Assembly: GCA_964016885.1 (NCBI GenBank)
Contig: OZ024747.1
Span: 55,800,001 to 55,864,000, forward strand
Reading direction: 5' to 3'
Length of the DNA: 64,000 bases
Origin: Eledone cirrhosa
Taxonomy: Eukaryota
The first letter of the stretch is position 1, and every line of letters starts with the position of its first letter. The position numbers and the translations under genes are program-made. The notes beneath the pieces were generated by a model, which ran no database searches, was not told the DNA's origin, and worked only from the letters and a program-made list of their open reading frames with translations. This document shows positions 54,674 to 64,000 of this stretch, one piece after another.

Positions 54674-54722
<49 letters not shown>

Positions 54723-54910
54723 AAGTCCATTGAATCATTAGATAAAATATATACAGTATTTCTTCTCCCAATTAACATAATTCAACCACACAACAAATCA
54801 TTTAAACGAGGCTATAAGTTTAAAATATATTTATGAAGAAACAATTGATAAATTATATAGCTTTTACTCTGCGACTTATAGCTACAGAAAATTTACCTAA
54901 TATTTCTAAT

Positions 54911-54941
<31 letters not shown>

Positions 54942-55773
54942 TATATGTGGGTGTGTGTGTAATGAAAGCTGTTTTATGGCTCCATTTTATTGTAGAGTAA
55001 TTTTTTACTTCTCATATCTTTTATTTCATGTTGTGTGGGTCTTATTGTCTTGTTGTTAGGATCAACAGTAGGGTGGTAGTAGTTGTGGTGTTCGAGGACA
55101 CATTGTCACTATTGTTGTCTACATTATAATAACGGTGTCATTGTTTGCAGCAGAGGTGGTGATAGTGGAAATTGTTCTGGTGTTTTCATAATGGGTAGTG
55201 GTTTATATTTTTGTAAACAATTCTCTACTATGGCTTTAAGAACGACCATCAAGTTGACTGCATTTACCCACAGACATGAAAACAGTGTTCTGTAGCAGAA
55301 GCATTTGAGTGAGAAAGTCCAAAGTTAAGAGCAAGGAACACATCCTGAGCAAGTTTTAAAACTGTCATTCTCAGCCTGGGATCTGTGGACTCCTAGGATT
55401 TACAAAGATTGCCTGATTAAAATGTGGTGAGACCTTAAATTGTATAAAGCATTGAGAATCCTCATTTATCCTATTGATACCAAGCTGCCTGAAACTGTAG
55501 CTTATTCAGAGAGATGATGGTGAGGAAGGGACTGTCTCACAGTGTAAGCTCTGTGTAATATAATAATTGTTTCTACTTTTGGCACAAGGCCATCAATTAC
55601 CCAGTGCGTGACTGGTACTTTATTTTATCGACCGACCCTGTAAGGATGAAAATAATGACTCATTGGTTTATTGGATGATTCACCACACACCCAGACACAC
55701 ACTTATATCAACCATCATAATATAGCATACAAGTTTGAGACTGCATTTGTGTAAATTTTAAGAGTTACAGACA

Positions 55774-55804
<31 letters not shown>

Positions 55805-57768
55805 GTATATATATATCATGATGATGATGTTGATGATATTTATATATATATATATATCTGTCTGTAACTCTTAAAATTTACACACATACAGCCACACTCA
55901 CACACACTGTATTTCATCTCACATTAGTACAATAAGTTCTGTCATGATAAAAAAAATAGGATAAATTTGACACTTCGATGCAATAATGTATCTTTGATGA
56001 ATAAAGTATCAGGTCAGTGTTGAAAATGATGTATGAATTAAATATTATGTCACTGCTTTGAAGTTCATACACTTGGTGACAAACATCAGTGCCAAATGAA
56101 TCTTCTTTTTTTTGTCATGTCAACTTGATTCATGACTTATTGCAGCAGCATGACTAGGGATTGTATATATGTGTTTGGATATATAAATGCACTTGTTAGT
56201 GTGAGTATCATATAATGGCACATCCACACAACCTACATGGAGGTCAGTGACTCTGCTGCTTGAGCACTGACCAGTCTGTGGTAACATGTCCAACCCTTGC
56301 TAACAAGGAAAATTGATGCTAAATGATGATGAAAATGATGAAAAGTTCCTGGTTTTGGGTAAAAGAAAAATTACAAGAGGATCAGTTAATTATGATTTAA
56401 TTCAACATATTCGCCTCTCAGATTCATACACCTTATTGCAGCAGTTTTTCTAAACCATGTAAAAAGACCTCTGTAGCAGTGATCAAGCTAAGAACTTTTC
56501 TGCACCCCTTTTTGTGTGTATGTATATATATATATATATATATAGTGTGTAAACTGAGTGCTGTTAGAAAGGTAATCCAGCTGTAGAAAAGATGCCAAAC
56601 AAAGGGTTAGGATGATACATCAACAATGTCATTGACATGTTAACCTCTCTTTTGTTTCTATGTCAATAAATTACATTCTGAAAAGTGATTTGTAAAAGAA
56701 AGGGCATCCAATTATAGAAATGATGTCAAACAAGGGATCAAGTGGACTTTTCAGATGTGACAAGTGCCTGTACCTATGCAAGAGGCACCTAGTATACTCT
56801 GTAAAGTGGTTGGCTTTAAGAAGGGCATCCATAACATATATGAGACATCCTTCCTTCCCCTCGACAACCAGTCAAGTCAAGGATGACAGTAGCTCGGTAC
56901 TTAAGTAATCATCTGTCTGTGACAACCCGTCCAACCTATGCCAGCATGAAAGAAGGAATGTTAAATAATGCTGTTGTTGTTGTTGATCATGATGATATAC
57001 CATTATAAGCAATGCTAATCTCCATCACATTTCCTTCTATATTTCTCACTCAGAAATATATTTTCTTTCATAACACTTGTTGTTTTGTTGTTTTCCAGTG
57101 CAGAGATCAAATCAGTTGATTTCACATTGCAAGGATTAAGGATCATATATGATGGGTTTGGGGGAGGGGAGGTCTGAAAAGAGCAGAGCTAGGAGGGGTG
57201 GTTAAGCCAAGATGTGTAAGACCAACAAGAATGGTCAGCTAAGGCAAACAAACAAAAACAAATAATACAAACATTTAAAAAAACCCCAGAGAAAATAAAC
57301 AAAGGGAAAAACAAATAAAGGCACCAGATAGAATACACACATGAAGCATTCAATGATACTACAAATATTACTACTAATAATAATAAAAGAATATAAAAGA
57401 AAAAAGTGGTCAAAAACCAACAAAGCAACATGTAAACAGTTTTTATTGCACAAAATACAAGGAAAACAAGAGGGATTTTACATCTCTCTCTCTCTCTCTT
57501 TCTCTGTCTCTCTCTATATATATATTTAAACATGTGTATGTATGTATTTACAAATATGTATATATATATATATAGTATTTATATTATATATATGCATAAA
57601 CATGTGTATGTATATATATATGTATATATATATATATATAGTATTTATATTATATATATGCATAAACATGTGTATGTATATATATATATGTATATATATA
57701 TAGTATTTATATTATATATATGCATAAACATGTGTATGTATATATATATGTGTATGTATATATATATT

Positions 57769-58380
57769 ATGTCAGGTCACCAGTTGGTGCTACTGGTAAC
57801 ATGTATCCCAGTACAACCTGTTACATGGTCGGGTCGTTGGCGACTAAACTGGCAACCCCACCAAGTTTTCTTGGTGAGAAGGGTGACTTTGGACATCCTG
57901 CAGGACTAAAAACAAAACCTGTCAAAGGGCAAAGGAGCTCTTAAGAGTCAATGGCCATCCAAAATCACCGGGAGAGATGACCCCTTAGCCTTTGTCAAGG
58001 CAGAATTCTAGGAGAAGGAAAACTCTGATATAACACCTGCAACCCTGATGGTATCCAATGATGTTGACTTGTTCTTCTTTTTGGTAAATATCATCTTGGT
58101 TAAGAGAGTGGGACTGGCTTTGTGCAGTGCCTTTGCTCACTATAAAAGCTTCACGGCACAGGCATTGCTTTATATCTGGAGATCTCTCTGCACTTGTCGT
58201 CACATGGTACCATGGGCCCAGCACTATGTGTCAATAATTGTCACAGGTGTAGTGTTTGTACCAGAGTTTTCAAGTCGCTGGCTGGACTCAAAAGTCACAC
58301 TCGTTCAGCGCATCGGTAGGGGTTCTCCTACATGTATATAAAGTAGTGGCCGTACTCGAAAACGAGTTGGCAGCCACCAT
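57769..58380 (+). mobile_element. Internally deleted (bipartite) RTE/BovB-like element: 5' UTR fused to 3' end
   Basis: Contains CTAGGAGAAGGAAAACTCTGAT (about 58008-58029), which I recall as an RTE/BovB 5'-UTR motif. The 3' part encodes HRCSVCTRVFKSLAGLKSHTRSAHR*, a C2H2 finger like the BovB C-terminus. It ends in a CTCG-AAAA-CGAG hairpin before (TA)n. Confidence 0.6.
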
Positions 58381-58524
58381 ATATATATATATATATAGTA
58401 TTTATATTATATATATGCATAAACATGTGTATGTATATAGAAATATAGTATTATATTTCTATTATATGTATATAGTATTATATTTCTATTATATGTATAT
58501 AGTATTATATTTATATATACTATA

Positions 58525-58800
58525 TCATCATCATTTTACGTCCGCTTTTCCCTGTTTGCAAGGGTGGGACGGGAATTTACAGCTGGATGCCCTTCCTAAC
58601 ACCAACCTCATTTATATTGAGTGCTGGATGCTTTTTTGCTGTGGCACCTCTGCGACCATCTCATTTCTGCAGTTGAATAAACTGGAGCAATGTAAAATAA
58701 AGTGTCTTGCTCAAGAAAACAACACATCACCCGGTCTGAGAATTGAACTCACAACCTTTCGATTGCAAGGCCAATACTCTAACCACTAAGCCATGTGCCT
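58525..58800 (-). mobile_element. tRNA-derived CORE-like SINE with RTE tail
   Basis: Reverse-complement homolog of 40588-40925. Confidence 0.8.
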
Positions 58801-59184
58801 CTATATTTATATATATATAGTATTATATTTATATATATATATAGTATTATATTTACATTATATGGATAAACATGCATTTCTGCACATATATACACTCACA
58901 AACACACATGGGGTAGAGCTGATAATTCTTTCTTACACCTTCTCCGGAAGCTTACTTTTGAATTGGATGAGACAAAGTGTTGTATCAAGAGGCAAGATAT
59001 TGTTGTCAAGGTGACTGAACCACCATTGGGCCATGCCAGGAAGTGAATTATCTCTTCCTAAGTCAATAACTAACAGCTTAAGACTAAGGATTTCAACCTC
59101 AGATCTTTAGTATGTTACATTTTATTCTTTATTCTCAAAGAATATTCTATTATTATTATTATTATTATTATTATTATGCTTAAA

Positions 59185-59385
59185 AAGGCAGTGGTTTGGC
59201 AGAATCGATAGAGCATCAAATACCATGTTTTGTAGCATAGAGTTATGGCCCTTTACGTTCCGAGTTCAACTCCCACTGAGGTTAACTTTGACTTTCATCC
59301 TTACGGTGGTCAATAAAATAAAGTACCAGTAATGCACTGGGATAATTGCTGGCCTTGTGCCAAAAATAGAAACAATTATTATTAT
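59185..59385 (+). mobile_element. Most complete copy of the second SINE family
   Basis: TGGCAGAATCG (box A-like) ... GAGTTCAACTCC (box B), then GAGGTTAACTTTGACTTTCATCCTT..AAAATAAAGTACCAG and an (ATT)n tail. It is inserted in (ATT)n. Confidence 0.7.
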
Positions 59386-59750
59386 TAATAAAGGCACCAA
59401 CCACTTTACAGCATGTAACTTGGTATGTTTATCATGTAGATGGCCAACACTAGGGAGGTTGTTGTCTTTGACACAACTAAAGGGACCTCTCAACCCTTTT
59501 CGGCACAATTCTGCAGTGGGGTGCTCTCCCTAATGGCGATCAACCTTTCAGAGTGTACTGGGTGCATTTTCATGCCACCATCACCAGAAAGGCTGTTGGT
59601 CATAGTGCCAACTGTAGAGCCATCTCAGCTCTGGGGAGGAGAGCAATAGGGGAGGCAGATAGATATGAAGTTATAGGTGAATGTGGGAATTTGGCAAGAC
59701 AATGAGTAAAGAGTAGCAGTGGCTGATTAGTGTATGGGGATGTAGATGTT

Positions 59751-59868
59751 GCACATATAAGCTCAAATATCTGATGAGAAGTTGAAAAAGAGTCAAACCC
59801 CGTCACCTTGATTGTACCCTGAGCTGATTGATATTGAAACAATTGTAATACGCAAATAAAATGTGTGC
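59751..59868 (+). ncRNA. Hammerhead motif in a PLE-end relic
   Basis: CTGATGA (59771-59777) ... GAAA-CAATTG-TA (59836-59847). Distal stem I pairing is GCACATAT/ATGTGTGC. Confidence 0.6.
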
Positions 59869-60053
59869 ATATGCTGCAACACTAACTTCAAATCTTTTAG
59901 ATCTCTCTCCTCTCTCTCACCTCTCTCTCTCTCTCTATATATTTTTTTTTTTCTCCATTATTGGTGTATTATATCTAGCTGTATTAAAACGTTCGTAGAT
60001 GTGTTGAATTGAAGATTCTAGACCTTAGCCGTATGTCGTATAACCAATCTCTT

Positions 60054-60122
60054 ATATATTTTATCTGATGAAAACGTACTGAAACACCATTGTACCTTTG
60101 AAATATGTATAATAAAATATAT
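60054..60122 (+). ncRNA. Hammerhead ribozyme, type I
   Basis: An 11-bp stem I ATATATTTTAT/ATAAAATATAT and core CTGATGA (60065-60071). Stem II is AAACGTAC/GTACCTTT, followed by GAAA (60100-60103). Stem III ATATGTAT is near-palindromic, with an AUA triplet. Confidence 0.8.
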
Positions 60123-60670
60123 ACTTTAGTTATGATAACATTTCTCATTTATTAATATTTTGAATAATATAGATACTCCAGATAAATTTTCGTCGAGTGC
60201 TTCTAATCTATTGTAAAATTGAATTCGTTGAATAATCAACAAACCATATAAACTTTTGATTATATATATATATTTTTTTTTTTCCCTACATCTTACGTTA
60301 ACTATTTTTCCCATCTTGACGCCATAGTCACATATATGTTATGGAATACTATTAGCTTCTCGCTAAAACAATTTCTATACCTTTCATTTATATATAAATT
60401 CGCTGGATTTTCTGATTAGATTTTCACCTCGAAACTGGATACCAACCCGGAGTACACCTGAACTTCCACCAGGAATACTTTCGTATCTTTGAAATTTTCT
60501 TTGCTTCTTGCATTTAAATATTCCACGACTCTCTATCACTTTTCCTCCACTACAATCTTCTTGCACCACCTTCTTCTTCTCACCCATCTATTTCTCACTC
60601 CCACCCTAGTAAGACATTTTTTCCAATTCCATCCCGCCCGTCCCCTCAATCTATCTTATTTCTCATTCTT

Positions 60671-60706
60671 TCTTCTGATGAAGGACTAGCGTCCAAAACG
60701 TTAAGA
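60671..60706 (+). ncRNA. Minimal hammerhead with a core mutation (GAAA>AAAA)
   Basis: TCTT-CTGATGA-A-GGAC-TAGC-GTCC-AAAA-CG-TT-AAGA. Stem III is the palindrome AACGTT. A ~90-nt tail follows into (TA)n. Confidence 0.6.
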
Positions 60707-62132
60707 CCCTCTTTCTGCTATATCAAGCGTTAACCTAATATATCCCTTCCATATACTGTACCGATTGTGTTGTTATTTCTGTTTACCTTTTACATACATA
60801 TATATATATATAAATGTGGTGATGATGATGTGGATATATATATATATATACACATCATCATCACCATTTAACGTCCATTTTCCATGCTAGCATGGGTTGT
60901 TGTTGTTATTGTTATTAGTCCTGTTGTTGTTTCTGTTGTTCTTGTAGTTTTGTTGTTTGTTTTGTATGTTGTAATTTTGCTGATGATATTAATAATGTTA
61001 AAATTACTCTAGAGTTGTAATATTATTTCATAAACACTCTGTACAGATAAACGTAAATATACAGACACATAGATACATACATACACACCAGTGGCAAAGC
61101 GTAACCTGGAAATCAGGGCATGCAGTCCAATCGCCATGGCGGAAAGTGGGGTTGTGCATCCTACCCCACCCCAATTCCCTCTAAATGACCCGCCCGGTCA
61201 AAGCTGCATGTAGTGTTATCTAGTGTGTGTGTGTGCGTTATCTTTTTATGTGTCTACGATTTAGTAAGCAGTCAAAATTCTACTTGCCCCAAAGCTGTCG
61301 TGTGTTTGTGTGTGTGTTATCTTTTTATGTGTCTACGATTTAGTAAGCAGTCAAAATTCTACTTGCCCCAAAGCTGTCGTGTGTATGTGTGTGTGTGTGT
61401 GTGTGTGTTATCTTTTTATGTGTCTATACGTTTTAGTAAGCAGTCAAAGTTCTGCTTGCTTCACCCAATGCAATTGATCAACTCAAGATTTTATAACACA
61501 TGCACTGCATGCGTTGCATGCACGGACCCTTCGCCCCTGATACACACATACATACAGATACATACAGATACAGATACATACATTCATATACATACATATA
61601 TACATATACATACATACATATACACACACACATACATACATACACACATGCATGCATATATGCATACATACATACATACATATACACATCCACATACACA
61701 CACATACGTTCACACATCACACACACTTTCACACTCTCTCTCTCATATGCACACTTACTCACACCCCTGTCATTCATGTGTGTATATATATACATATTTT
61801 TAGTATGCGTGTAATACATTTTCAGGATGAGAATGGAACTAGTATATAATACAGCTATTCTTGCACGTGTGAGTGCATGTGCATGCATGGATGTATGCAT
61901 CTGTTTGAGGTTCTGCATTTGTAATGTGTGCATATATATATATATATATGTGTGTGTGTGTATGTGTGTATGTGTGTGTGTGTGTGTGCATAACTATGTA
62001 TATATAAATGTATATACATATACAAACACATATATAATTCATTTCCATACACATTTTATTTTATATATATAGATATATATATATTCCAGTGTTCTACCAC
62101 TATATATATATATATATATAACAAATAGGACT

Positions 62133-62227
<95 letters not shown>

Positions 62228-62519
62228 AGTTTGCTGGTGTTTTAATATTTTTCTTATGTATGATATGTATGTAATGTTTTCTATCATTTTTACATTTCTT
62301 CTACCCCCCCCCCTCCGCACACACGCATACACACACACACACACATACACATACACACATACACCTATTCCACAAGGTGGGCGGAGAATTGGTGATTCCA
62401 GAGTGAATAGCAGGGCTGCAAACATTTCTTTTGTTGTTTTACATTAGGTTCCAAGCGAAAGGTATTCCGTTGATAAGAAAATGCATTACGCATTCACTTT
62501 GAACATTGATTTCCTTATT

Positions 62520-64000
62520 ATCATTATTATTATGATGTGGTGTTGTTGTTGCTGTTGTTGGTGCTGGTAGTAGTGTGGTGGTAGTGTTGTGACTTTGTTT
62601 GTGGTGGTGGTGTTGCTGTTGTTGGTGCTGGTAGTAGTGTGGTAGTGGTAGTGTTGTCTTTGTTTGTGGTGGTGGTGTTGCTGTTGTTGGTGCTGGTAGT
62701 AGTGTGGTGGTGGTAGTGTTGTCTTTGTTTGTGGTGGTGTTGTTGCTGTTAGTAGTGTGGTGGTGGTAGTGTTGTGACTTTGTTTGTGTTGGTGTTGTTG
62801 TTGTTAGTGATGGTAGAAGTGGTAGTGTTGTGACTTGGTGTTGTTGTTGTTAGTGATGGTAGAAGTGGTAGTGTTGTGACTTTGTTGGTGTTGGTGTTGT
62901 TGTTGTTGTTGGTGATGGTAGAAGTGGTAATGTTGTGACTTTGTGTTGGTGTTGGTGTTGTTGTTGTTGTTGGTGATGGTAGAAGTGGTAATGTTGTGAC
63001 TTTGTGTTGGTGTTGGTGTTGTTGTTGTTAGTGATGGTAGAAGTGGTAGTGTTGTGACTTGGTGCTGTTGTTGTTAGTGATGGTAGAAGAGGTAGTGTTG
63101 TGACTTTGTGTTGGTGCTGTTGTTGTTAGTGATGGTAGAAGTGGTAGTGTTGTGACTTTGTTTGTGTTGGTGTTGTTGTTGTTAGTGATGGTAGAAGTGG
63201 TAGTGTTGTGACTTGGTGTTGTTGTTGTTGTTGTTGGTGATGGTAGAAGTGGTAGTGTTGTGACTTTGTTGTTGTTAGTGATGGTAGAAGTGGTAGTGTT
63301 GTGACTTTGTTTGTGTTGGTGTTGTTGTTGTTAGTGATGGTAGAAGTGGTAGTGTTGTGACTTTGTGTTGGTGTTGGTGTTGGTGTTGTTGTTGTTGTTG
63401 GTGATGGTAGAAGTGGTAGTGTTGTGACTTTGTTGGTGTTGGTGTTGTTGTTGGTGATGGTAGTAGTGTGGTAATGGTAGTGTTGTCTTTGTTTCTGGTG
63501 GTGGTGTTGATGAAGTGATGATGATGTTGTTGGTGTTGTTGTTGTTGAATGGATGATGATGTTGTTGGTGGTAGTAGTGTTGTATTTTTGTTTGTGGTGG
63601 TCTTGTTGTTGGTAGTTGTAGTGTTGTGTTTTTGTTGGTGTTGTTGTTGTTATGGTGTTGTTGTAGTTGGTTGTCGTGTTGTTGTGGTTGTTGTTGGTGG
63701 TGGTAGTGTTGTATTTTTGTTTGTGGTGGTCTTGTTGTTGGGATGATGATGTTGGTAGTGGTAGTGTTGTGTTTTTGTTGGTGTTGTTGTTGTGTTGTTG
63801 TTGGTTGTGGTGGTAGTGTTGTATTTTTGTTTGTGGTGGTCTTGATGTTGGTGTCAGGGTGATGCTGTTGTTGTTGTTGGTGTTGGTGGTGGTATTGTTG
63901 GTGTTGCTAGAGATGGTGTTTTAGTGTATTGGTGGTGGTGGTGGTGGTGGTATTGTTGTTGGGGTGATATTGTTGGTGGTGATGATGTTGGTGCTGGTGT
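62520..64000. repeat. GT-rich minisatellite / low-complexity array
   Basis: The unit GTGATGGTAGAAGTGGTAGTGTTGTGACTTTG..(GTT)n repeats from about 62800 to 63450 within GTT/GGT runs. Confidence 0.9.

Larger units (their letters stand above)
48428..54681. mobile_element. 6.25-kb fold-back Naiad-like PLE: two ~2.7-kb inverted arms around a ~0.7-kb 5' segment
   Basis: 48517-51264 is approximately the reverse complement of 51966-54681. The spacer 51270-51960 encodes the ORF N-terminus on the minus strand. The tail 48428-48516 is on the left arm only. (TA)n lies on both sides. Confidence 0.92.

Noticed and set aside
62425-62470. Possible micro-exon (pyrimidine tract, TAG, 14 nt, GTATT)
   Set aside because: The splice-like signals are weak and expected by chance, and no neighbouring exons could be identified.

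Overview
AT-rich, repeat-dominated animal genomic DNA. The repeat repertoire suggests a cephalopod (Octopus-like) genome, which is inference only. I found no supportable host gene. Most long ORFs in the track (IYIY, TTT, VCVC) are translated microsatellites. The real coding content is retrotransposons. (1) An RTE-clade LINE family with one intact APE-RT ORF (27971-31084), several truncated copies, and an unusual PHD-type finger after the RT core. (2) At least four families of Penelope-like elements (PLEs) with RT plus CxC zinc finger plus GIY-YIG, resembling the Naiad clade and clustered at 41.4-54.7 kb. The most striking structure is a recurring head-to-head fold-back of PLE 3' ends at about 0.2, 1.6 and 6.2 kb scale. 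In each case one arm carries a ~80-90 nt tail and the other does not, and both run out into (TA)n. About eight hammerhead-ribozyme motifs with palindromic stem III accompany these ends. Also present are tRNA-derived SINEs sharing the RTE tail, a bipartite non-autonomous RTE, a hAT-type MITE, an octamer-rich palindromic element and kilobase-scale (TA)n arrays. All coordinates were read by eye and may be off by a few bases.
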